Below are positions 25,854 through 38,935 of a stretch of 64,000 nt of DNA, in pieces (position 1 is the first letter of the stretch; each line of letters begins with the position of its first letter). The notes under the pieces were generated by a model that was given only the letters and a program-made list of their open reading frames with translations, was not told where the DNA came from and made no database searches. The stretch spans positions 372,001-436,000 of the forward strand of contig CAJFCJ010000002.1 in assembly GCA_904063045.1 (NCBI GenBank). The letters run 5' to 3'. Made by a program: the position numbers and the translations under genes. Source of the DNA: Dimorphilus gyrociliatus. Its lineage: Eukaryota > Animalia > Annelida.

Positions 25854-26859
25854 ATTTTTGTTGTCTAGATTCAAAATGAATCAACGAACTAACATAGAAT
25901 ACAGCAGAGCGTACTTTCATATATACATACCTTTAAACCCTTCACAATTGAGTATTTATTCAATCGTCTTCAATAGATCAGTTAGCCTGTTGTATTTAGA
26001 CTACGTAGTCTTCCATTTCAATCTTTTAACTAACAAAAAGAGAAAATCATTATGGTAACGTGTATAATTAACGTAATCGGAGAATAACCTGGAACTTTCA
26101 TTTCCCGCCGCCTTACGTCACGGGGACTATTTTGTAAAACGAACAACCACTTAATTGTTCTTTAATTAAAAAAAACGGCTTAAGATTTGTGTGTTAGGCC
26201 TAATTGAATCTAATAATAAAATAATGTAGAATATTGGCTAGAGCGTAGGCATCAATAAACAGAAGAAGATAGCGCTTATCTGTAGACAAACGAAATTCAC
26301 TCACGTCGAAATGTTGAATGTTATCAGTGAATTGTCAACTTTATGACTGGTATGTAAAGAGAGGCTTGTCCTCATTCAATATCTGATTTTTTGGCTATAA
26401 AAATGCCTAACTTTCAACACTTTGGATCAGAAATCAGTTTTGGTAAGTCTAATGGATTGATACTGCGATGTTACTGAGAATCAGAACAATGTTATTACAC
26501 GAATAGATGACCGTAAATTCTAATAATTGCTCTTATCAACACATTTCTTACATGGAATATATTCTTTTCTCGATTCTATAATAATAAAAATAAGAGAGGT
26601 TGCAATGGGTGTCGTGTATAGTAGCGTAACACCAAGTCAGGTGGTATTATGCTGTTATTCACGAAATCTAATTGCGATAGTCATCGACAAAAACGTCAGG
26701 TGGCGTCGGTATCGTTGGACGCCCCGTCGAAAAGCTATATATTCCGAAGCATGTTGTAGACGCCCCTAATAAAAACTTCGACGTCTCATTAAACTCAAAG
26801 TAAGTATATATGCTAGAGAATTAATATAATATTTAATGCTTGTTATCCTTGATTAGACA

Positions 26860-27250
26860 ATGAGCCTTAGTGGAGCTATAGCGTCTTCAAGCCATCGGGG
26901 AAGTTATTCGGCTCCACCTAGGAGATTTAGTACACCTACGAAGAAAAATAGCCTCTGTGAAGCTTCAAAGGTACCAGAAAAGAATACGAAAAGGTATAAA
27001 TTAATCGCTAAAAGCTTCTAAATTAGTTTATTCAATGTGACTAAAGACAATAGAGCTATTCTCAAGGGCATCTTTTATTGCTCATTGTAGGCCTACCATT
27101 CGTCGTATCAAAGGCTCGACGCTAATCCAAACTAGAAATGTCGGGTCTAGCTGGTAATTAAGAAATTAAACCGAGGAGCCAGCGTAATTTCATTAACAGC
27201 TATATTTAGGTCGATATCTTCTCTAGGTATATATATTGGCCACGTATAAA
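26860..27250 (+). CDS. Putative small basic Ser-rich orphan protein (about 80-90 aa, 3+ coding exons)
   Basis: 5' UTR intron GTAAGT 26800-26856, ATG 26860, in-frame splices 26993/27091 and 27153/27210: MSLSGAIASSSHRGSYSAPPRRFSTPTKKNSLCEASKVPEKNTKRPTIRRIKGSTLIQTRNVGSSWSISSLG... The 3' end is ambiguous. Confidence 0.4.
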
Positions 27251-28033
27251 TATACTTAGGAAACGTTTCGAGTGCAAACGTAAGGAAACATCAATCATAT
27301 GAAACTTAGACAATCGTCTGTTACAACAAACTACGATCATAGTCATTCGTTAACAAGTTTTATTTATGTTAAGCTGAATTGTCACATTCTATTTTCGAGT
27401 TGAGTTTTCTATTTTATATATGAAAGTTCATTGCTTTTCTGGTAAACAGTAACGCCACCGAAAAAGATAAGCCTAAAAAGACGTCCAAGACGACTTGCAT
27501 CCTTCTCTTAACCAGTGCAGCTTTCGCATTAAGTACGCTTTTTTCGTAAAGTCAGGAAAAAGACGTTTGACGAAATGTAAAAAGACGTTTTAGTTCGCTT
27601 TAGTCGTCGTTTTATTAGTAGACGTGTGTTGCTGTAGATAAATGAGATATTCGACGTTGACTATATCATCAGAAAGTTGGTCATAATGTATAAAAAAAGT
27701 AGGTCAAGTGATAAATATACTAAATACAAAAATCAGACCTTTTTTTTGCCATTTACAACGGGAGCGTCTAGCGTGGAAGAGTAGTGCAAGTTGAATATCT
27801 ATTTATCCACGGTGTTATTGAGATCAATGCAAAATTCGTACAACATATGAATATATCTCTATGTATGTACGTATGAATATATGAAAATATTTACATATTA
27901 ATACAAAGAGATATATTTATCGAATGTTATGAACGTATAAAAAAAATAAATAGAAGTGTACGCCAATTTAATTCATGTATTTTAAACATTTCTTTTTTTA
28001 TCAATTAGATCATATTGACAAATTTTAGTGTTG

Positions 28034-30173
28034 TTATAATCTATGAACTGCATGTTGCATATCTTCTCGACGCACGCCTTTAGATTGTTCTACTATGCTT
28101 AGACATTTTGATAGCGTCTGAAACGAAAAACACGTTTTAATGGAGAACCCTTAGAAAAACTCCTAATATACCTTTCTGGTTTGTTGCGGTAGAATTATAC
28201 CGTCATCCCAGCATCTACTAGTAGAGTAGAGGGCCGATGATGTTCGTTCCAGTGTCTCCTTTTCGTCAACATTAGACAATCTGCTGGGATTTTCTATAGC
28301 TACTCGAGCATTTGGCCACAAGAAGAGAAAATCTGGTTCGAAACTTCTCCCACCCTGGAAAAAAAAACCTTTTTCGATTTGTTTTGTTATGATGAATAGA
28401 TGTTTCATTTTTTAGCCAATAATGAAGTGATGTGATTATTTTAAATCTAGAGTAACCCTTCTTTTAGTTTTGACTTGTAATATAGAATTTTACCGTTAAA
28501 TAATTGTGAACTCCAAAAGAGTCGCCAATGATCACAGTGATTTTTGTCGATTTTGAGCACGCGACGGCTGACATTAATTGGGCATGAGCCTTAATATCTT
28601 CTGCTTCTAAAAAGTTATAAAGAGATAAAACACTCGTTTACAAAGAAAAATATGGTTTACGAACCAAAAAAAGTGTCTTCCTTAGGTGTATTTTGTATGA
28701 AAACAACAGGAATACTCCTTTGATCGCATAACTGAACAAAATGAGCTCCTTTAGTACCTTCTTCATAGCCTACTTTACCATTATTTGCAACGATTCCAAT
28801 TAAACGCCTGATAAAAAAAAATAATTGAAAGTTGTTATTTTGATGAGTCTATGTATTCTATCTACCCTTCTAAATGACCAAATCCTGTAATAAGCTCTTT
28901 CCCATATAAAGCTTTAAATTCATGAAACCTAGAACCATCTAATAATCTTGCTAACACTTGTCTAGAATCTATTTGGTTATCTTTTGAAATCAAGCCAAGT
29001 AATTCGTCAGGTCCATAGAGTGGCACATCGTACATCTTCGGATCGTCAACTTCCTTCATATTGAAAGTAAGTGCCACTTCCCTCGCCGTAGACAATCCTT
29101 CTTCTTCGTCTTTACAAAAGTAATCAGTTACGCCACTTTTTGAGCAATGTAGTGTTGCTCCTCCCAGTTGTTCGGGTGTAACTATTTCCCCTAAAGCTGC
29201 TTTAACTAGTGGTGGACCCCCAAGGAAAATTGTCCCCGTTTTGTCTATGATAGCAGCTTCCTGACACATTGAAGGAATATAAGCCGCACCGGCTGTGCAA
29301 CTACCGCAAACAACAGCCATCTGTAATACACATATTTATAGAATAACTTATTAGAATTTAGATTAAGCACCTGAGGTATCCCTAATGATGAGATAATTGC
29401 TTCATTAAAAAATGATCGTCCTCCCGTGTTCTTATCGGGAAATATTTCGGCCTTGTATTTGGAAAATTTATAAATTGCTGTACATTAAGTTGAAATTAAA
29501 GAAACCTGCAGAGGGAGAAAAGCACCACCGCTATCCACCAAATAGATGCATGGAATGTTGTGCCGCATGACTATATCATGAGCTCTCAATTGCTTTTTTA
29601 AGGATATGGGATATATTGTTCCTGCTTTAACTGTGGCATCTTGCCCAATAACCATACAATATATACCATTTACCTTACCAATAGCTAATTAAAAAGTTAG
29701 GCATTAAACTGCAAAACATTCATATATATCCGTCGTAATTTACCTGTAACTGTGCCTGCTCTAGGTACATCACCATATTCCATTTGGAGTCCCGCGACTG
29801 GTGATAGTTCCAAAATTTCATCGTAACTATCAAATAATATGTGTAACCTTTGATCAATAAGAAGTTTTCTTTGCTTTAAATGTCGCGACTTGGCTTTATC
29901 ACTTCCACCAGCCAAGGATACTTTCAATGCTTCATTATACTTAGAATTCACAGACTCGTTGTAGGAGTAATTAGTCTTAAACTCTACCGAATTCGTGTCA
30001 ATATCGCTTTTAATAACCTTAAAATGACTTCTCCTTTCAGCTGATAATGAACTAGAGTACCGAGTCCCAGAAATTGATATCACCTCCGGAACTTTTCTAA
30101 TGAAGGGTCCAAGCTTGCAATCATATAATCTGAAATAATCCCTAAAAATAATTCCCCTACTTAGTTTTAGCAT
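28034..30173 (-). CDS. Methylcrotonoyl-CoA carboxylase beta-like carboxyltransferase (divergent MCCC2 paralogue), multi-exon
   Basis: Mitochondrial-type leader, [56 protein letters not shown] and WDDGIILP. The C-terminal CT motifs are degenerate. Confidence 0.88.
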
Positions 30174-30501
30174 TTTCAATAAATTTCCTTTTATATCAAG
30201 CCATAAATCGCACACTTTTAAAATTATTAACTTTGTACTGTAGATATCTGTCTGCTACCTTTATTTAGCTAGGTTAGCTGTTCCATGGTTTTTAAAACTT
30301 TGTTATGAACGGGAGTATTGAACCCTTTCCTAGGCTTATATTACAAGGCTGGTATCCGGTTACGCACAAAGTATGATAAAGCGGCCCTTTTATTAGAACA
30401 TAGAACCACACTAACGCCTTGTTTACACCACCATATTCAAAAACAGGAACGTTTTAATTTCAATTTAATAAGAGTTTAGTAGTTAACTGGAGATAAACAC
30501 T

Positions 30502-32929
30502 ATGAAGGATTATGCAGGGAAGATATTTCTGGCGGAGAATGTTGAGATTAGCCTAGTAGATACAATCGTAAATAGATTTAAAGAGAAAGCTGTGAACATA
30601 GATGACGAACAAAAAGACGAAATACTTGGTGGGAAAAACGGTAAGTTGTTTTGGATAATTTGTCAAGCTACTTTAGTTGTTTATTTTATTTCAGACGAGC
30701 GATCTACTTTATTTATTGTTTTATCTGACTCTTATAATTGTGGACAAACTATTACATCGTATTATACATCATTATTCAGACATTTTAGTTCAAATTCAAA
30801 ATCAAACAGAACATTACTTTCACATGACGACCAGCTTGTTGTTTTACAACTTTGCTTATTCGAAAGCCAAAAAGAGGTATGTCTGCTTCTTTTCGAAGTA
30901 TAAAATTTATTCGTTTTAATATAAAATCTGTAGGAAAACAAAGAGAGTGAAATCAGCTTCAATGAACTGAAAGACTTACATGAGCAATTTTTATCAAAGA
31001 AGTTATACGAAAGAGATGTTGGAAGTCTGTCAAACGTTCTAGTCGAAAAATATACAAAATATCTTCAGCGTTGCAATATGTTCGATGCAATAGATTTATA
31101 TAAATCAGTTAAAGAGCTCCTCAATTCTAGTCCAGTTAATTTATATTTAAAAGAAAAGTGTTTTTTTTTTATTGGTAAACCTTCAAATTGTGTGGAAGTA
31201 AATATCCTTTATTCATTTCAAGATGTTAATTATTTACTAACTTGTTTTATTGCATTTCAGCTTGAAATGTTGAAGGAATTAATGAAGCTACTTAAATGTT
31301 TTAATTTATCTGTGGAAGTTCCTCTAAATGCTAGTTTTTGCGAAGAAGCATTGAGCGAAATTAATATTATTACTTCAAGATGTAAGACCGATGCAATTAA
31401 TTTTACAAATGATTCAACGTCACAAAATTCGCTTTCTAATTCTGAGGTTAATTTTTTACTTGAAACATACATGCTTTATACATATATCCATATATTTATG
31501 AAAGATATATATAAATATATTAACTCTCTGTATGCTTCTCTATTATAGCTTTATACTGAAGAAGCCTTGATGGCATATCTAGAATTGACAGTAAACACAA
31601 GAAACGAGTTGGCTTTAGCAAGAGCAATCAATGTTCCAGAGAGGGAATTTGATCAAAAAGCGTTTACTGTTCTCAAGCATCGTTCGGAAGAAATGAGCCT
31701 CTATCAGGTTTGTTTTATATAAAACCCACAATTTTTCACCACTTATTTCCTGTCATTTTAGACTGCCGTTTCGTACGTAATGAAAACTCGTCTCGGTGGT
31801 AAAAGCTACGCACCTGATGAAAATGATCCCCTATCGCATTATTTGAAAGCTTTAGGAGATTTTACAGATTTTATTCATAAATTGCATTCGATTGTGGAGG
31901 ATGAAAAGAACAGCAGGTAATAAACTCATATTATATCTTTACTTTTCATTTAGTCCCAAAACCAATATCAGAAAAGCTATAAAGTCAGTGGTCAACGCGA
32001 TTAAGAAAGCCATATTGAAATGTAAAGATTGTAAAGTTAAGAAAGATAAGGTTGCATCCACCTGTGAGCGTACTATAGCGAAAATTGAGAGAGTTGACAT
32101 TAGCAATTCAAATAAAAAGGAATTGGTAAATAAACTTAATATTTTAAAGAAAGATAACAAGTTTGTATTTATTCTCTTTGTTTTCTTCAGGAAACTTGTA
32201 ATTACGAAGGGGTTGAAGCTATGACGATAATTCAAAGAATCTTGGACGACTATGCAAGTCGATGCAGTTCATCTCTAAAGAAAATTATACAGGGAGAATC
32301 AAGTAGAAAAACGCCACTGCCAATGTGCAGTGTAATTTATAAATTCCAGTAAGACTGATAGAAAAAGCATTAAATGTATAAATTATAAACTGAAAAATTT
32401 GTTCTTAAGATCTCCCGAGGAAAAAGAGAGTGAAAGCGTAGATGAAAAACTCGCGACAGTCACGGAAGTTAAAGAATCTCCTATTAAATTTCAGAAGAGT
32501 AAATGTAAATCATTTCTGGATTGGGCATTACCTGATTCTTTAGACTTGAAAAATGTTCCAAAACCAATAACACCTCCAAAAAAGTAAATTTTCAATGAAA
32601 TTTTTGTTATACATTATTTTCACTTATGTTTTTCTTTATTTAGGAAAATCGTTCAGAAAGATCAAAACAAGGCACAAAAGAAATCTGTTCACGTAAACTT
32701 AAATTCTCTTTATACAAACGACTTAGAAGCGGATAAGGAGAATTTGGAACCAAACTCATCACCTTGCGCAAAAAAGCCGAAAAAGAAAACAGCTAAAAGA
32801 AACATTGCCAATTCATTAAATGCGACCGACAACAAAAAGAAAAAGGATCAAAAAGTAATTAAGCGCAAACCTCTTCAACAGATCTCTGGACAGCTCCAGT
32901 TAACGTCATTTTTTAATATGAGAAATTAA
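30502..32929 (+). CDS. PARPBP: PCNA-interacting partner PARI, multi-exon
   Basis: ALMAYLELTVNTRNELALARAINVPEREFDQKAFTVLKH and SYVMKTRLGGKSYAP match PARI. The C-terminal PIP box is QLQLTSFF. Confidence 0.9.
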
Positions 32930-33153
32930 TACTTTTTTTACTATTTTTTGTTTTTTAAAAGTTTTTCGTTTTTTTTAATACTATTGCAACAGTTTGAACA
33001 AGTTTTTAAGAAATAAAACTGCAACTATACTTGATCATTAAGTTAAATAAATTTTTGTGTCTTTTTCTCTTTAGAACTCTTTCCCGCCATAAACAACATT
33101 CAGCCTTGAACTTTAATCATAGAGTAAGATTAACACACAAGTGAAGAAATTTT

Positions 33154-33162
33154 AAAATGGCG
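33154..33162 (+). promoter_or_regulatory. YY1-type motif AAAATGGCG upstream of COMMD4
   Basis: Exact YY1 core about 140 bp before the ATG. The same motif overlaps the ATG at 45307-45315. Confidence 0.45.
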
Positions 33163-33297
33163 TCAAATAAGAACTGATAGCAGATGCAATACTTTTTTTA
33201 AAACAAAAATGTCAGCCTCCATTCTGTAGACCGAAATAAAATTTTGGGCGTTAATTTCCTCTAATTTTTTGCAAAATACATTTCTCCTTGATTAAAA

Positions 33298-34655
33298 ATG
33301 GTAATAAAATTCGCTGTGTAATCAGTTTTTAAGTAATATTAATTGCAGCGTTTTAAATTTTGCGGAGATTTGGATTGTCCAGATTGGGTTCTGGCAGAAA
33401 TCTCAACCCTCTCTAGATTAGTGAGTTATATTAGTTTAATTAAATGATGCCTTTATTGTTTATACAATTTATTTAGAGTTCAATAAAAGTTAAACTTCTC
33501 TGTGCTCAAATTGTTAATGATCTACTTGGTGGAGCAATCGATGTAAGTTTTGTCATTAAACTAGATTTCTTCCAAAAACAACATTGGTCAATGCGAGCTT
33601 ATATCGTAATGTAGAAACAATTCTCTCTCAGTAGAGGAAACACTCTCGAGCACTTATATATTTCAATAATTGATAACTCGGTTTTACTTTTGATTTATCC
33701 CTAAAAGTACTATTTTTTTATTATGCTGAATCGGTTTCTTACGTGTTTCTCGTAATTCTCGATAGCTTTTAAGATAAATCTTTATACGACATATAATCAT
33801 AATTTATTACTTTTCCTCTAAAAGGGTGATTTATTTTGTAACAGTTCGAAAAAGTTGGCAAGCTGACACAAGATGCAAAATTTGGTATTTGGCATTAATT
33901 CTTTATGCTAATTTATAGCATCTGCTTTTTATAAATGTTTATTAACACAATGAAATATTTTACTAGAGGAAGACGATATAAAGGCAACAATAAGCACTGT
34001 AAACTTCATAATAAGCCACGCTGTTCGTTATAACGTTGATACAAAAGTTCTTGTGGATGAATTACAACAGCTTGGTTTACCGAAAGGTTGATTACTTGTA
34101 AAATACTGTTTTCCATCCTTTTCTAATTATTCAAAATCAATTATTAATTTTAATAGAGCATTCAACATCACTTGGAAAGTCGTTTTCAGACAATTTCACT
34201 CGACTTCACGATCATTTTCGAGAAAACTCTTTGAGATGTTAGAAAAATAAGTTTTTTTTTATGAGAACACTTTTATTTTCCTCTCAGGTTCTTAATACTT
34301 ACTTTTCAATATTAGTACCCTACCTGGAGAGAATTGACTGGAGGGCAGACATTTTGCTAGCCAGTAGTAGAACAGAGGTAATTGGGATTATTCTACAAGT
34401 ATTTGTCATATAGTAGTATTTTCTTTAAATATAAACTGTAGGTGATAAACACGCCTTGCCTTCAACTAAACTTGAAATTGAGAGAAAATGGCCGACTGCA
34501 GTCAATTCCAGTTAGTTTGACAGAAGAAAAATTGAACATACTATTGCATGGTTCGTCGACATTTCTTATATTTTATTACAATTCATTTTTATCCATTTGT
34601 TTTATCAGAACTTAAAGAAGCTCAGAAGGTAATTGAAGAATTGGACATTAGTTAG
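33298..34655 (+). CDS. COMMD4: COMM domain-containing protein 4 (first coding exon is ATG only), multi-exon
   Basis: M|[24 protein letters not shown]|SSIKVKLLC..., [13 protein letters not shown]|EH, WRIDWRAD, ending [15 protein letters not shown]. Confidence 0.93.
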
Positions 34656-35013
34656 ATATTTGTTAATAAAAATAAGTAAAGCAAGTTTTTTATAGGAAAA
34701 AATGTCTTTTGTAATAAATTTCCTTAATTTTAAAATTAATAGAACATTGAATTACTTTTATATTTTATTTAGTCTCTGAAAAAAGACAAATTCACAAATC
34801 TTTTTTGCCCTTTAAACAATACAGGTGATGCGCATGCGTATAGCTTCAAATAAATAAGTTTTTAGAAGAACTTTATTAGATAAATTTGACAAGTCGAGTT
34901 ATGATATAAAATAAGCAAAATAATAGATTAATTTAATCGATATTTCACCTAAAGAAAAATATTTTCACGTCTATCCAGTTAGCAGACGACATACTGACAG
35001 CGCCACGCCAACT

Positions 35014-36232
35014 ATGGCATCAGTGAATGTAAAATTAAATCCTTTTGGAATTACCTTAATCATTGGACTCATACTATTACTATTCGTTTACAAATTTGGA
35101 TTTTTTAGTTTTTCCAAACCAGATACAGTAGATATGAGAGAATTAATGTCCGTTTCTATTGATTTGGCCGAAAAAGGGGGTAACAGAATATTAGCTGTAA
35201 AAAATAATGACAAAGAGGCTGTAGTGAAAGGTAAAACAAAGGAAGGAGCTAAGGAATATAAAACGAAAGCTGACCTAAGTTCTCATGAAGTAATTACTGG
35301 TGGTTTCAAAAAAGTTTATGGAGATACATTAACAGTAAGAGCAAAGGAAGGCGGCTCTATTTTATCTCGTTACTAAACCCTTTCTATGATTTTTTTTAGG
35401 TAAAATCAGAGGAAAAATCAGATGTCGACGAGAAGATTCAACCTATTACCTCTTCAATAGACTTGGCTAATAAAGATATATTTCAACAATTATCCGAAAA
35501 CAACATCAGAGTTGCAAAATCAGACATAACAATCTGGGTGGATCCATTGGATGCTACCCAGGAATATACTGAGGGTAATATTTAATCAATTATTTAACGA
35601 TTAAAATTTATAACATATGTTTTTTTTCAAACAGACTTGAACCAATATGTTTCAACAATGATTTGTATAGCTATTAGAGGGGTCCCGGAATTTGGAGTCA
35701 TTCATTTTCCATATGCTACAGAGAACAAAAGGACTTTCTGGGGCTATGCTAAAGGTGGTAAGGTTTCCAGCAATCTCAAGAAAGACGCGCAGCCCAGTAG
35801 TCCTGACTGGAAATTTATCATATCTCGATCGCATTCAGGATCGAAAGTTAAGGAAATCTTAAGTGAAGCATTTGGAAAAGATGTCAAAATAGAAGCTGCT
35901 GGAGGTGCGGGTTATAAAACTATTCAGGTTCTAACAGGTGGTGCAACTGCTTATGTTCATTATACAAAAATAAAGAAATGGGATATTTGTGCTGGTATGT
36001 ACAAATTTAAATCTCAGTTATAAAATTTAACTGTTCACTACATCAATTTCTTTTAGGAAATGCTATTGTGAACGCCATGGGAGGTAAAATGACAACAACA
36101 AAAAATGACAAAATCAACTATTCAGCATCAGGCTCAAATGAAAACAACGAAGGCTTACTTGCGTATTTATCAAAAGGCGATACAATTTTGAGTAAGCTAG
36201 CTGGAAAGGATGTAAATAATGCTAAAAATTGA
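35014..36232 (+). CDS. IMPAD1: Golgi-resident PAP 3'-phosphatase (inositol monophosphatase 3), 4 exons
   Basis: N-terminal TM anchor, KTKADLSSH, VWVDPLDATQEYTEG, GGAGYK and KKWDICAG. Confidence 0.93.
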
Positions 36233-36365
36233 ATTTTATGTTTATGTTTAACAAGCTTGTTCGAAATAACTTGCTGTCTAATTAAAATTTAGGTAATTAA
36301 ATATTTTTACTTGTATTCAAGTTTTTAATAAAACTACACGATTTGAATATAACGAAGATTATTAA

Positions 36366-37328
36366 TTAAACGGGACAAACAGTAACAGTTATTGAATGTC
36401 CTCCATTACTTCTCTTTTTTTTCAGTTTATTCAATAGTTTAGTGATATCTCTTCTAACGTCTACTTTTGTATATCCATAGAGGAGAGGATTTAAAATAGG
36501 ATACAGACAGAAAAAATATATTACTATCTTAACAAAACGATTTCTTCCTAAAATATATATAAATCTTTCAGTTGGATCAATAAAGGCTATGAAGGATGCC
36601 ATATAAAAGAATGGAATCCATAGAATTATTAAAACTACGATTTGAGCTAATAGAGATATGGTTCCTGATAAAATTTTACTTTCCATTTCCTTTCTCTTAA
36701 TGTAAATAATTCTTAGAATAGGAATATATAAACATAAACTAAGAAAAGAGAGTGCAATCAGATGTCCCATGACATACAATTTCAGAAATGGCGATCCTTG
36801 AACAGATAAAAAATTGCAGAACACAAAATTTTCACTTGAGAAGTCTTTTTCTAATGTCCTATTCCATCCCATCAATGGTGTTGCACACACGAATAAGCTA
36901 TGTATAATTATAAAGACAATGGTAAACTTTATTCTTCTTTCCGTTATAATAAGGTTATAATGCAGAGGAAATATTATGGCTATAAATCTGTCGACAGTTG
37001 TCATTAGGATAATCAGAAAGCCTATCAAAAAACATGTAAACAATGGATAGTGCGAATACATACAAGAATAGTAGTTTTTAACAGAGGTAGAGTAATAAAT
37101 GATAACGGGTAGAGCAATTAAAGATGTTAATGCGTCATTACAACTAAGACAGACCAGTCCATAATTATTCACTTTATTATAGATATTCTTGTTTCTTATC
37201 ATTATAATGAACAGAAAAATATTTAATATAAAACCTATCGGAGATATTAGCCCAAAGTATATTCTTGCCTCCACTTTAAAATTCTCCCATTCTCTGAAAT
37301 TACTTTCGAAAAAGTCGCTTTTATTCAT
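36366..37328 (-). CDS. Orphan class A GPCR (adenosine-receptor-like features), intronless
   Basis: Seven TM segments; TM2 LSCND, TM3 DRFIAIIFPLHY, TM4 TPLMGWN, TM6 WIP, TM7 NPLLY. Confidence 0.9.
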   Translation of the reverse strand: MNKSDFFESNFREWENFKVEARIYFGLISPIGFILNIFLFIIMIRNKNIYNKVNNYGLVCLSCNDALTSLIALPVIIYYSTSVKNYYSCMYSHYPLFTCFLIGFLIILMTTVDRFIAIIFPLHYNLIITERRIKFTIVFIIIHSLFVCATPLMGWNRTLEKDFSSENFVFCNFLSVQGSPFLKLYVMGHLIALSFLSLCLYIPILRIIYIKRKEMESKILSGTISLLAQIVVLIILWIPFFYMASFIAFIDPTERFIYILGRNRFVKIVIYFFCLYPILNPLLYGYTKVDVRRDITKLLNKLKKKRSNGGHSITVTVCPV

Positions 37329-38935
37329 ATTCAAACAGGTATAGTTAATTGAAAATTCTTCAGGGATTAGGAACTCAGAAGATGTGTCTCTATAGCAGTA
37401 ATCAACAGTTGCCTAATGTCGCTTTTCTCGCAGAATGATTAGACTCAGATTTCGCTTCTAAAGGAAAAGTTGATCGATAAATTTTAGCAGGTAAATAGAT
37501 AACAGTTACTTCATTAGATCTCATCAATATTGTACAATTTAACGCATCAGTTTAGTTTGCCAAGGGTTTTAGATAATTCTATATCTAGACATAAAAAAGA
37601 ATTCAAAGCTAAAGACTCAAGGATAAAATTTGAAACAAACTTCTAATTTGATAGGTCTTTTGTTTTTCATGCTAAGTATCATTTAGTATCGGATTCCTAG
37701 TGAGTTTTTCAAAGAAGAATTCCACAGGGAAAGAATCTTATTTTGACAAACTGTCAAAAGGAAAAGAAGTGATGCAGTTTTTTCGTCACTTAAGCCTTAA
37801 CTCAAGATAGTGATACAATGTAGGGAATTTACTCCCCAAGGATACATTGTCTTTTAAGCTCTGATAAATATATCGAAATTCATTCTGGTCATATTTTACC
37901 CTTTGACCCTTTTCCATTCGGTCATTTATCCTACTTTTTTTTATTTTACTTTTCAGTAATAAAGGTTTTCTCATTAATTTACATCTTAATAAAAAGCGCT
38001 CAATTCTTGAGTGAGCCATATAAAAGGTAAGATTTTGAGTCATTCTTGGAAAATATTTTAAAGGTTCTTAAAAGGAATTATCAATTCGTAATTAGAATTC
38101 TTTCAATCTAACTCTCTTTTATCTCTACGTGATATACTATATTTTCACAGCAAAACAATTACAATAATAGTCAATTACAGACAAAAATATATATTGGGAA
38201 AAATTTATGAAGTTTGTAAATTGAATTACTTTTATCCCTTTTGATGTTAAGTTTTAGTTTGTTTATAGAGAAATTATGATTTATAAAGATAGATGGAGCC
38301 TTTATCGGATTTTCTTAAAACCTTTAGTGGACATTTTAAAAAATAGCCATGATCTGAGAAGAAATTCAATTTAAAGGAAACCAGACAATATTTTTCTTTG
38401 ATATTGTATTCCAATTGAGTTGAAGACAGATACTATTTCATTTTAGTAATGAAGAAATTTGTACTCTATAACCTTCATAGAGGTCAGTTAGCTTTCAAGA
38501 TATCCTGTTTTAGATTATAATCATCGCATATTTTGACAAGTTTTGGATAGGATGATTTATAGCGTTTACTATTTAGGATTAAATATTTAGATCTTGCTTT
38601 AAACAAGTTTAATTAATATTTCTGAAAAAAATCTTCTTTGCTAGCCTTCTCTGGTTTCTTAAAATATCGTTAAATTATTTTTAAAAAACAGAATTTAACA
38701 ATAGCAAACAATATTTGTAGGTCTATATATAGAATGTTCTAGGAAAGGTTCTTTGTATGCTTTACGCGATTAGGATTATAAAGTAAGAATAAAGATGGAA
38801 AATTCGATTCGATTTGTAGAATAGTAGGCTTAAATTTGAACATTGTTGTAATTATTATTTTTGAAACGAGTTATAAATATGTTATGCTTATAGATTGAAG
38901 GTTTCGCAATTATTCTAGGAACAAATTTTTTAAGT

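Noticed and set aside
30502-36232. Closely spaced co-oriented PARPBP-COMMD4-IMPAD1 as a possible operon
   Set aside because: Each upstream gene has its own AATAAA, and each downstream gene has its own promoter motif (YY1 at 33154, NRF1 at 34829).
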